DNA of 64,000 nt from Eukaryota sp. TZLM1-RC (GCA_040285825.1 JAUPSS010000008.1:1054001-1118000), one strand, 5' to 3'. Positions 22,080 to 32,101 are shown, counted from the first letter of the stretch. Program-made: numbers and translations. Notes: generated by a model from the sequence alone, not told the origin.

Positions 22080-22550
22080 CCATTCTTTCATGAAGCAATT
22101 ACCATGACAAAGCAGAATGTGTTTTTTTGTTTAATGAATCGAAATTCTTTTTTTCATCCCAATTTCTTCAGTTGTTGTATTCAATACCAAGAGCAGAAAT
22201 CACCATTGATTCTTTGAAAATAATGGCAAATAACAAAAAGAAACTAGTTTGAAGAATTGTATGAAAGGTTAAATTAGGATGTACATGTGGAAAACCTCTT
22301 TTGTTTATTCATCTTTTGAACTGTATATAGTTCGATGCATTTAGACGTAAAGTATCAATTTATAAGGTAATGGAGAAATTAATTTCTGCTTCACCATATT
22401 AATTTGGACGATTTTCAAAATCTTTGGAAGTCAATTCAAAGAAGCTAACGCTGATAGAAACAGGCCACTCGTGTTTATTGCTTTTGCATTTTCTACAAAC
22501 GGAAGACTATCAGTAGAAGCAGGCAGATCAGGATTTTGTAGAGGAAATAT
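22080..22550 (+). mobile_element. Highly degraded RLE non-LTR retrotransposon 3' fragment
   Basis: Residual 'CTCGKPL...HLLNC' zinc knuckle (~22279-22325) and 'FAFSTNGRLS' (~22483-22512), paralleling the neighbouring copy. Confidence 0.45.
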
Positions 22551-22578
22551 TGGTTAATTAAATTTAGTCCCATTAGTA

Positions 22579-23752
22579 ATGAGAAGCCACATTTTTTGTG
22601 GTACAAATTTTGGTGGTGTTGATTTTCATAAATCAGGCTACCTTTGTAAAGCTGCCTTTATTGGAGGTGGAAAGAATTATATTTATGAATTTGTGAATCG
22701 TTTTCCTGAAAAAATTCACCTCATTGAAAATTGTGGCAGCTCTTATCTAATTTCCTTGCAACAGGAAATTGAAACTCTTTCACCCAATATTTGGTCTAAA
22801 TGTTTCCCCTCTGATATTGTGGAACTTCCTTCAAGAAGCTTGCTCTCCTTACCACTGACTTTTGTAAAATTGCAGAAAAAAATCCCGTTTTTGCAAACTT
22901 CTTGATTGATCTTGAAGACAGTTGCTCAAGTTGCCTAATCTCCCAAATTCCCAACATTTATGGCCTTCTACTTAATGATCACCAATGGACCACCGCAATG
23001 AGAATGAGATGTTTTCTATGGCCTTGTTCTTTACCAAATGATTTAATTTGTCGCTGCAAGAGTGTTGTTACGCTTTCCCATATTTTAAACTGTAAGTATT
23101 TTATAACTTATCGCTCAATTGTTCATGACTCAGTTCGTGATCAATTATATGCCATGTGCAAAAGTTTCAATATAGAGGCATTCATTGAGCCACTAGTACG
23201 TAAGCTGTCTTCAGATCAAACTGATGATTCCTTTGGTAAAAGAAGGGCAGATTTAGTAGCTCCAGGGATCGAATGTGTTCTCAATGTTGTAGATGTTGTT
23301 TCAGTTGATGTTTGCAAAAATTCTGCTGCTCGTTTAGTGTATTTTGCTAATTCGCCGTTATCTAACGCCGAAAAAAAGAAGATAAAAATATGAAGAACCT
23401 TTGGCACAGTTAGGTAGAGTGGAACATGTGAAATATCAGTTTGTGCCGTTTGCAATTTCTCTTTTTGGCAATATTGGACCTTCAGGGTTGCACTTTTTTT
23501 GAAAATTTTAAAAAACTGTTACTGAATAGGTCTGGTAAAAGAATGAACCCCACTTTCTGGTTAAATAGAATTGTTTTTTTGCATTTTCAAGTCTATTGCA
23601 ACAATGATTTCAAAGGCACTTTTAGCTATTGGCGTAGAATATGAACGTAATGCTGTGAGTAGGTTTAGTAACAGTGACGCTTGTTTGGAGGATATTGAAT
23701 TCTAGGTGGGTTTTTTTATCTCAATAAATATTCCAGTTTCTTTTAAAAAAAA
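22579..23752 (+). mobile_element. 5'-truncated RLE-type (CRE/SLACS-like) non-LTR retrotransposon remnant
   Basis: CCHC knuckle 'CRC...HILNC', 'HDSVRD', restriction-like endonuclease 'RRADL...VVDV...AEKKK', and 'VPFAISLFG'. Frameshifted, with AATAAA at 23723 and an A-run at 23745-23752. Confidence 0.8.
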
Positions 23753-23815
23753 GTTATGAGTTCATTTTGTTAAGTGTGCAAGTTTAGTAAAAAATGCTTT
23801 TGCACAGTTATCAGT

Positions 23816-23863
23816 AATCTCAAATAGGGCACTACTATTTGACCATTTTTGTGCTATTAGCCG
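23816..23863 (+). promoter_or_regulatory. Shared pre-ATG cassette, copy 3
   Basis: AATCTCAAATAGGGCACTACTATTTGACCATTTTTGTGCTATTAGCCG|ATG. The last 16 nt plus ATGTC are identical to copy 1. Confidence 0.6.
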
Positions 23864-25774
23864 ATGTCTTTCACTGATACACTGCTTGATGCAGCACATA
23901 ACCTTAATGTTACAGTTCCCTCTTACATCCTTTCTCAGATTGAATCTTCCCAAGACATTCTCGATCTTTCCACTATAACATTAAGACCTTTCCTCCTCCA
24001 TGCCATCGGAGCAGCGCTTGCCACTTCACCTCATTTCTCCGGAGTCTCTCTTGCGGATTGCTACTGTGACGACAACACTCTTGCACACTTCATTGAGCTT
24101 ATCCATACCAACACATCTCTCACTCAGCTCAATCTCAGGGGTAATAATCTTGGACAAGCTGCATGCGATGCACTTGCTGAATTACTGAGAAAAACTACTT
24201 CATTAGAGTATTTGTCGTTGGAATGGAACAAATTAGGTCAATATGTTTCTAATTTATCACGTATATGTGACGGACTAGCTCAAAATCATTCTTTGACTAA
24301 CCTTGACTTGAGAAATAATTATATTAAGGAAGACGGTGCTGCACAGATATCAAAAGTACTTTCGGTCAATAAAAGCTTGACCAGCCTTGACTTACGGTTC
24401 AATAACATTGGTGATCAAGGCGCAAAGTCTATTCTTTCGGTACTTGAATTCGAAAATAAAGCAATCACCACTGTTTCTCTTGGAGTCAATTCTATTTCTG
24501 TAGAGCTATTGGATCAAATCCAGACCCTTGTTGACCGAAATGCCAGTCTGCTGACTTCAGAAGACCATTACTTGGCGGATAGTCAGTTCAAGGAGATTGA
24601 AAGTGAAGTGTTTCATACCCAAGGTTCTTCAAAGTTGATGTCTAGGCTCAAGGTTACGCAAAGTGACAATGAAAGATTAGCAGAAGTCAATCAGAATCTC
24701 AATGAAAAAGTCAACAATCTTCTTCAAGAAAACGGAGGACTTTCTCGAAGGGCAATCTCTGCTGAAGAAAGAGCTGAACGACTCGAGGGTCAAGTTGATG
24801 AATTGTCAACTGAAGTCAAGGACCTTTCGGAGCAGTTATTGGATTTAAGAGCTTCTCAAAAGGAAAGTTTAGATGGTTTTATTAAGGGACAGAAGAATTA
24901 CGAAAAGCAAATTTTTGAACTGAGATCAAGAATAGTTGAATTAACTGATGAAAAAGGATCATTAGAGAGTGAGCTTGAGATGGTGAAGAATGAAGTTGAT
25001 GTTCAGAAACAAGGTAGGTCAAAAGAAAGTGAACGATTCTCAGCTGAGAAGGGTCAACTAATCCGCCATCATAAAGCAGAAATTGCGGAATTGAAACAAG
25101 AATTTAATGATAAAGTTGAAGGTCTCATTACTAAGCAAAAGACATTAGAGGATTTGCGAATTCAAGCTGAGGAAGCACTTAATTCATGTAAAGCTGATTT
25201 GGAAAAAGAAAAAAGTCGACATTCACAGAGTGTTGTCGAGATGCAAAATAGACTTGAACAAGAACATGATTTCAAATTAAGATTGGAAACAAAAAAGGTC
25301 ACTGACTTAACTGAAGAAGTGAATGATTTGAGACAATCACTAAGTTCTCTGCAAAAGAAACTCAATTTGAGGGAAGCTGAACTTGGTGACGAGTTATCAC
25401 GTGAGCGGTCAAAAAGAAATGATTGTGAACGTAGAACTGCCAAAATGGAAGGTGATTTTGACTCTCTCAAGGTGTCCTTGACTTCCCTCCAAAGTGAATT
25501 GGATGATAATAAGCGAAATATCGAAGATTATAAACTTCAACTACAAAGTCTGAAACACCAGCTAGATGATAAAAGAAAAGATTATGATTTGTTGGCAACT
25601 CAAAAAAGAGATGAATTGCGAGAAAAAGATACAATTATTACCGAACTTAATAATGAAGTTGAACGTCTGAAGAAGGAGAATATGGAGAAGTCACAGCAGT
25701 TCACCCAACGGTTATCACTGTTGGAGAATTCCTTAATAAGCAATGTAAGGAATGCATTCAGGTCTGAAATCTAA
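23864..25774 (+). CDS. RI-type LRR plus coiled-coil protein (LRRC45-like)
   Basis: LRRs 'LNLRGNNLG', 'LSLEWNKLG' and 'LDLRNNYI' followed by a long coiled coil. Confidence 0.75.
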   Translation: MSFTDTLLDAAHNLNVTVPSYILSQIESSQDILDLSTITLRPFLLHAIGAALATSPHFSGVSLADCYCDDNTLAHFIELIHTNTSLTQLNLRGNNLGQAACDALAELLRKTTSLEYLSLEWNKLGQYVSNLSRICDGLAQNHSLTNLDLRNNYIKEDGAAQISKVLSVNKSLTSLDLRFNNIGDQGAKSILSVLEFENKAITTVSLGVNSISVELLDQIQTLVDRNASLLTSEDHYLADSQFKEIESEVFHTQGSSKLMSRLKVTQSDNERLAEVNQNLNEKVNNLLQENGGLSRRAISAEERAERLEGQVDELSTEVKDLSEQLLDLRASQKESLDGFIKGQKNYEKQIFELRSRIVELTDEKGSLESELEMVKNEVDVQKQGRSKESERFSAEKGQLIRHHKAEIAELKQEFNDKVEGLITKQKTLEDLRIQAEEALNSCKADLEKEKSRHSQSVVEMQNRLEQEHDFKLRLETKKVTDLTEEVNDLRQSLSSLQKKLNLREAELGDELSRERSKRNDCERRTAKMEGDFDSLKVSLTSLQSELDDNKRNIEDYKLQLQSLKHQLDDKRKDYDLLATQKRDELREKDTIITELNNEVERLKKENMEKSQQFTQRLSLLENSLISNVRNAFRSEI

Positions 25775-25879
25775 TTTTTGTACAATATGTAATAATTTTA
25801 AAGAAAAATAAATTTAATTTTATTGTGGTCACTTGACAAGTGATAAGTTTTTCATTGTTTCTAAAATTCAACTCAAACA

Positions 25880-27181
25880 TTAAAGTGAATCAAAAGTTCT
25901 AGACCTTCTCTTTATCCTAGACAATGGGTTGCCCAAAGGAGTAATAGCAGATTTAGGCTTGTTTATACCACCCTGAATACTACCAAAAGCAGGTTTAACT
26001 CTCGAACCAGTCATCCGCTGAGCCACAGGGGTTTTGGGTAATTGAAACTTTGAAGTATTGGTGTTTGCTTTCAACTTAGGAAGCCTTGGTAAACTGCCAC
26101 CAGTAGGTCCTTTAAAGATAGGTGGCGAAGTGGGCCTTGAAGAAGAAAGAACCAAAGGATCAGCAGGAGGAACCTCGGCATCAGCATCTTCAAGCGTTCT
26201 AAAGATGTGTTCAAAAGCAATAGGACCCTTATCAAAAGCAAGATCCAAAGCAGTGTATCCTTTGGTGGTCTTGATAGTAGAAACTTTACCCCCAATCTTT
26301 CTAAATAAAAAGACTAAGTTAAGAAAACTGTCCACTGCTTTGTTTTTTCTATAAGAGTGATTTCTGTTCAATGAAGTCAGAAGAGTGTCTTTCTGAGTTT
26401 TAAATAGAGTATGAAAAGGAGTTTCTGTGTCCTTGTCTTGGATGTTGACCAGATTCTTGCAAACAGGGTAATTGGTGATTAAGTGAGTGGCCATCTCCAA
26501 CGATAGAGAAAAATCAGCATCGTGGTATGCCGGCAAATGAAGAATGGTCATCTTGTCAACATTTCTAGTTGTCACATCACCGCCAAACCCAGCAATCAGG
26601 TCAAACATTCGGGAAAAAACCAACCTGGACACCCCAAAGTCTGCTTCTGTGTGAGCGTACATCCAATAATGAGCAGCGAGGAATAGAGGGGATTCAAGGT
26701 TCTCTGTATCTTTCTGGTTAATAAAATCAGAAAAGTTACCAAACGAGAGTTCAGATGACTTCTTGGCTTGCTCCAAAAGAGTTTCCAAGATATCATAGTT
26801 ACCAGAGAGGACAGCCCTATGAATAGTCGATCTCCCGTCCTCCGCAGTGACAAAGATAGAGGCCCCTGCACTGAGTAATTGATTAACAAGTGAAGAGTTT
26901 CTCTTTTCAATAGCCAAATGAAGAGGGGTCTTGCCGTCTGGGAACGATAAGTTAACTGTGTCGAGGTTGAGAAAGGTCATAACATCTAAGTCAGTTGGGT
27001 AGTGTATGAACGAACAAAGACGCAAAAACGGTGTGAGGTCATCCAGCAAACACAGCTTTGGTTGTGAGCTTGAGTTTGTGTTGACCTCAACAACATCGTT
27101 GTTCCAATCAACAGACACAACAGAAGTAACTAAACAGTGTTCATCTCCTACATTGACTATGACATGTTCATGATCATTCAT
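25880..27181 (-). CDS. Ankyrin-repeat protein
   Basis: 'GKTPLHLA', 'GRSTIHRA', 'ESPLFLAA' and 'GYTALDLA' ankyrin motifs. First ATG is at 27181. Confidence 0.8.
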   Translation of the reverse strand: MNDHEHVIVNVGDEHCLVTSVVSVDWNNDVVEVNTNSSSQPKLCLLDDLTPFLRLCSFIHYPTDLDVMTFLNLDTVNLSFPDGKTPLHLAIEKRNSSLVNQLLSAGASIFVTAEDGRSTIHRAVLSGNYDILETLLEQAKKSSELSFGNFSDFINQKDTENLESPLFLAAHYWMYAHTEADFGVSRLVFSRMFDLIAGFGGDVTTRNVDKMTILHLPAYHDADFSLSLEMATHLITNYPVCKNLVNIQDKDTETPFHTLFKTQKDTLLTSLNRNHSYRKNKAVDSFLNLVFLFRKIGGKVSTIKTTKGYTALDLAFDKGPIAFEHIFRTLEDADAEVPPADPLVLSSSRPTSPPIFKGPTGGSLPRLPKLKANTNTSKFQLPKTPVAQRMTGSRVKPAFGSIQGGINKPKSAITPLGNPLSRIKRRSRTFDSL

Positions 27182-27719
27182 AAAGCGAATAACAATGAAT
27201 AACTGGTAAATCAAGATAAACACAGATCTTCACAGATATATGTGCGACAATCAGATCTGTTTCACCAAGGAAAAATGTTGGAGAAAATGTTGGAAATTTT
27301 TCCACCATGGTGGCACCAACCACCACGTGGTCCACCGTGTGGTAAAATTTAACCATGTAGTAGTGTCCGATCACTGTTCAAAACATATTCATCATTTCTG
27401 ACCAGATTTGAATAGTAGAATGTGCAACATGAATTTTCATAGTGTCGTTTTCATATGTGATTTGAGTACATTTCGTGCAAACATTTTGCAATAATGCTCT
27501 ACTACTATTGTCCAGGAATCATAACAAAATAATTGTTTATACCAAATATTTTGAATTGTGAAGTTGACATTAAATCAAATTGTTTATCTTTTGATAGAAC
27601 TTGCTGGATCAATATTAATCAGTTGATAAAAATATGTTTAATTACATGGATTACAATATAAGAAAACTTTAGGTCTTGATCCTGTCATATCTTTAGAGTT
27701 ATCGCTGATTCGCAATGAA

Positions 27720-28085
27720 TTAAAGTCCTCCATGTAAAACAATGTTTTGCTCTTCCACTAACTGTTCTCGAGCCAAGATTTTCTTGATAGCCTGCCTGTG
27801 ATTTCCTGTTAATGAAATCACCTGTCCGAATTCGGGATCAGTTTCAATAAATCCAGTGCAGTTCAATTCCTGTGGTTAGTGTTCAAGTTTTCAGTAACTT
27901 ACCTTTTTCAAAAAGTTGTTTACCTTTTCGAGATCATACATATTGGGGTCCAAGCCCTCAATACAGGTTAACATTTTGTTCCTTCTTTGTAAGCCTCTCA
28001 CATGAACAATGCCTCGTTTATCCACTCGTCCTGCTAATGAGGGTTCGTCAAACTGAAAGTTAATGGATTCTGTTCGTCTAGCCAT
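27720..28085 (-). CDS. SUI1: Translation initiation factor eIF1/SUI1 (exons 28085-27903, 27869-27720)
   Basis: 'VHVR...RNKMLTCIEGL...DLEKV..FLKK|ELNCTG...FGQVISLTGNHR...IVLHG'; 110 aa after splicing. Confidence 0.9.
27870..27902 (-). other. 33-nt intron in eIF1
   Basis: GTAAGT...ACTAACCACAG, with the branch point adjacent to the 3' splice site. Confidence 0.9.
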
Positions 28086-28207
28086 TTGTTGAAACAAACA
28101 GGCTACTCGAAGTTTAGCTTTGTGCAGTTGGTAGGTATCTTTAAAGATACATTTCGTAAAATCATTAACTAATAAACCAATACATTACTGTATAGTAATA
28201 AATTGGG

Positions 28208-28290
28208 TGGGAAATTCCCATAAATACACGATCAATTTTCGTGTGGAATAATTACAAAAACTATCTACTACACAGATACTGAGGCCTTTC
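28208..28290 (-). ncRNA. Putative Fanzor omegaRNA scaffold, copy A
   Basis: The 53 nt after the stop codon are identical to copy B and contain the stems ACACGA/TCGTGT and TGGGAA/TTCCCA. The position at the ORF 3' end is as expected for omegaRNA; true ends unknown. Confidence 0.55.
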
Positions 28291-30039
28291 ATTGCCACTC
28301 ATTCTGGCTTCAGCAATTGCAAACATATTCAGACAAGCCAGCTTATTTCTATTGAAAAGCTTTGTTGAGCCTTTGTTACTGAGTTTGCAACTTTGACTGT
28401 TACAAGCTAATAAACCATGACATGTAGTAACTGGAGTCTTTTCTCTTCTATACACTCTGGGATTTGTTACTCTCAAAAACGTAGCAACCTTTTCAAAACA
28501 AACAGGACATTTTGCTGAAGTGAAAGCTTCATTAATCATCAATACTTCAAATCCATTTCTCTTCAGAAATTGAATCCATCCAATGCCTCGAGTAGGTCTC
28601 TGATGTTTCAAATTCTTGGAACCTTTTTTACCATAATCACCCATTAGTATTAAAGTGTCTTTTGGATTGCCAAAATTCTGAACAAGGCTTTTTAACAACC
28701 GACTTTCAGTTTTTTGCTTTTGGCCTTGTTGTCTGGCTTACATTTCTGACCTTGTAAATCCCGACGAACAAATTCTACTGCAATATTAAATCCATCTGTG
28801 TGAATAATGTTGTTGAATTTATAGCTCTTCTGTTTGAACATTGGCTGGTTTAAATCGAGAATATTAGACCAAAAGTCAAATTGCTGAGGTGGTTTGAATT
28901 TCGTAATTTGGGCTAGTGTATTGACCATTTTTAATCTCTGATCAGGCAACAAATCGTCCATCAATGTTTGTCTTATAATTGTCCATATTGTTCTTGTATC
29001 AATGGGAAAATATCCAGGACCTACAGTGGTTGAAACAGGAGAAATATGATATGGTTTTTTCTCTCTACTGGAAATATATTGGGCAATTGTAATTGCTGGT
29101 GTTAGGAATATTTGAGGATCTTTTTCAACAGCGTCTGCAAGAAAATGTATATCCACTGGAAATATGTTATCAACTAAATTCTCATCAGTGACCAAATTCT
29201 CAATTTGGCAAGTAAAAGGCTCAATGAGACCTTCAAATATGTCTCTAAGTTCATTATTTCTTATATCATGTTGTTCACATAAAGCGAAAAATTCATCATT
29301 CAGAAGGTCTGAAATATTTTCAGGATGATGAAACAAAGAACTCAAGCAATCTCTATCATCAACTAAAAACAAATTTTTGAATTGACGAAGCCTAAATCTA
29401 TATAGTGAAATAATGGTAGATAATGGTGTTGAGTATCCACCCAGCTTGTGCATTTCCGATAACTCACTTTCCACATCTACTTTGTCAAAATAAACATTAA
29501 TAAATCGATTAATATGTTTTTCATAATTTAGTTTCAAATTATTCTCAAAATTGGCAAACATTACTGGGGCTATGTACTCAGGTGGTCTACTGAATCCGTC
29601 AGTTGGAAATCGTGGAAAAAACTCAGCTCTATATCTCAGATGGTCTACATAACTCAATGTTTTGTTCAACTTTTGTTGTTCAAAGGTGTTCGATAATCTA
29701 TAATCTCCTTCACCATAAACAAAGTTTTCAAAATCCTGTGGAAATGCACTTTTTGGTTTCAGCATTTCTTGCTCATAATACTCAGCTGAAATATAACGAA
29801 TTCTGGCCATTAATGATTCATATAATTGGGCAGATATTCGTGGTAATGACAAATTACGTTCAAAACAAGACTGTAAATACAGCTTTAAGCAACAAGTGGT
29901 GTGAATACGTAACTGTTGAAATTTTAAAGCAGTTTCTCTCAATTTGAGTATCACATTCGAATGTTTAACCATTGAGTTGACGGTTGCTCGAATGGTTTTA
30001 TAAGATGATAAAATAAATTTGTCTTTCTGAAACAACACG

Positions 30040-30795
30040 AAAAGTTTCAGACATAGTGAACAATCTTGAAGCCCAAATTGAATTAAAGTTTGTCTCAGTG
30101 GAGTAGTAGCTAAACAATCAACAGGTAAAATATTGGTGAATTGTTGATGAAGATTGATTTTCTTCTCATTAACCATTTTGTAGGCCAAATTCCCCAAACT
30201 ATGACCATATTGGATTTTGATGAATTTTTTTGCAAACACCAGTGTATCTAAAAGATAAAAACCATTTTCCCTGATGACAATTTCCCTCCATCTTGGTGAA
30301 AGATGATTAAGTACATCCACTGTTGAATCAACTGAACCAGTGGGAAATGGTAAACCAAAATAATTGAATCGATTCTTTAAAACTTGTAAATCAAACTTGA
30401 TTAGATTGTGATTAAAAAAACAATGTGGTTGATAATTACCAATAATATTTGAAAATCTACGAAGTAAAATTTCTTCGTTATCAAATAATTCCGCCTGAAC
30501 ATTCAGATTTATTTGAGGTAAAGACGTAATTTGGTCACTCATTTTCAACAGCAGCGAATATTTACTTTCCAAAAAGAAGTTGTGTTGATCAAACCTTCCA
30601 ATAGCAATTGAAACTAAAAACACTTTTTGATTTGAAATCCACTCATCAAACTCCTCATCATTTTTTCTTTTTAAAAGATTTAAATCATCTTTTCTAATCT
30701 TGTCAATTATCTGATCAGGAGGCAGAAATTGATTGTCCTGATTTTGATAAAGATGACCATCCTGATAGGTTTCAAGATCAAAGCACATAACAATG
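30040..30795 (-). other. PolB-type DEDD 3'-5' exonuclease domain within the Fanzor ORF
   Basis: ExoI 'MCFDLET', 'FDNEEILLRRF..II...QPH', ExoII 'HNLIKFDLQVLKNR', 'LLDTL...SLGNLA', ExoIII 'FGLQD'. Confidence 0.85.
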
Positions 30796-31076
30796 GGAAG
30801 ATGTTGATTTGAGGTCATTGATTTGAATTGAATCAATGGATCAGGCTTGAAACCACTACGACTTGGCTCAATTTTTTTGACCTTATTCGGTTTCAATGGT
30901 TTTTTTGTCAAAATCTGCCTGTTCTCAATATTCAACATTGAATTCTCAATACAAATTTCTCGGTTCAGTGCATTTTGTTGTTTTTTCAGCTTACGCTTTG
31001 ATGTTTGTTGGTCAAAAATCACATTTCTAATAATTTTTGATGGAGGAGTTGATTCAAAATTAGATCTTCTCTTTCT

Positions 31077-31136
31077 GGGACCAGGATTTGCTTCAACATC
31101 TCCATCAATTGTTAAATCAACAGTAAATGGGTTTGT
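31077..31136 (-). other. 2A-like ribosomal skipping (StopGo) peptide
   Basis: In-frame TNPFTVDLTIDGDVEANPG|P matches the D(V/I)ExNPGP consensus, with the typical upstream 'DLTxxG'. Confidence 0.8.
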
Positions 31137-31194
31137 TGATAGAAGCGGTTGGCAGCTTCTGGATTGAAAAGATAAATTATAAACATAATAATCA

Positions 31195-31667
31195 AACTCA
31201 ACATTATCAAAATAACAATTTAAGACACAACATCCCATATCTAAAGTGCAAGAATCTAAACCACAAAAATGAACAAACTCATAAGCATCAAAACAACAAT
31301 GTAAAACAAAACATATACAAAAGAAACATCCCACATCCACAGTACAAGTACGTAAACCACGAAAAACAACAAACCCAAAAACATCAAGACAACCTTTCAA
31401 AACAAAACACAAACAAGAAAAACATCCCATATTCAAAGTACAAGTACCTAAACCAAAAACATCAACAAAATCAAAAACATCAAAGTAACAACAATGTAAA
31501 ACAAAACACAAACCAGAACAACATCCCATATCTACAGTACAAATAGCTAAACCATGAAAAACAACAAACTCAATAACATCAAAGTAACAATTCAAAACAA
31601 AACACGAAGAAGAAGAGCATCCCATATCCAAGGTGATTAGCACCATTGCTGATTCAACAGCACCCAT
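31195..31667 (-). repeat. Five degenerate 96-99 bp tandem repeats encoding Cys/Phe-rich 32-33 aa units
   Basis: CATCCCA(T/C)AT anchors at 31231, 31327, 31423, 31522 and 31618 (spacings 96, 96, 99, 96). Unit: CT(L/V)DMGCxxxxCFVLxCxFDxxxFVxFxGL. Confidence 0.85.
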
Positions 31668-31960
31668 ATCATGACTCACATGATGACTCAGAAAAGTGCA
31701 ATACTCTACCCCCACGGAAGAATCAGAACGACGATTTCGATAAGAAATCGAGGCTCTGACCTTCCGTTTATTCCTGTAAAACAGAATGACTGTTCCCGAC
31801 TGAGGAGTTCGGGAAGAAGTACTCGGCTGTTCTTTGAACAACAGGTTGAAGGAGGAGGTGGGAACTGAGTCCGTAACCTCGTTATCCTTGTTCTCCTTTT
31901 GTGGATGCATATTTTGACCAACGAAATTATTTGTGGAGTTTTTCAAGACGTTTAACCTAC

Positions 31961-32092
31961 GAACCTTTATATGCACCTTTACGAACACATGGGGCTGTTG
32001 CCACTGGTCCACTGGCACTTCATACCCAAGGCAACTCATCTATGATTGCTGCGGCAGTTGAACATTCCTTCATTGTTTACTCCACAGATCGA
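31961..32092 (+). pseudogene. Captured fragment resembling the UTP21/WDR36 N-terminus
   Basis: 'PLYAPLRTHGAVATGPLALHTQGNSSMIAAAVEHSFIVYSTDR' resembles the remembered UTP21 start (F.PFR..G.V....P......G.....TCVG..F..YD). Isolated and ends in a stop. Confidence 0.55.
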
Positions 32093-32101
32093 TAGATACC
32101 C

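Larger units (their letters stand above)
28208..31910 (-). mobile_element. Fanzor element copy A: Cys-rich repeats - 2A - DEDD exonuclease - Fanzor (internal deletion removes RuvC-I)
   Basis: ORF 28692-32039 plus 28261-28698. Fanzor1 motifs 'YKTIRATV', 'LKLYL...LPRI', 'FENNLKLNY..HINRFIN', 'FNNIIHTDG', 'ILMGDYG', 'INEAFTSAKCPVC' and 'NRNKLACLNM'. The 5' boundary is uncertain. Confidence 0.88.

Noticed and set aside
31127-31546. K/Q/N/H-rich plus-strand ORF
   Set aside because: Antisense shadow of the GT-skewed repeat array; no independent evidence.
31195-31667. 96-bp periodic array as a CRISPR-like repeat/spacer array beside an RNA-guided nuclease
   Set aside because: Units are similar along their whole length, with no constant repeat plus unique spacer, and they preserve a reading frame.
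31911-32039. First 43 codons of the 1115-aa ORF as the true N-terminus
   Set aside because: Overlaps the UTP21-like fragment in antisense. Met44 (31910) or Met125 (31667) are more plausible starts.
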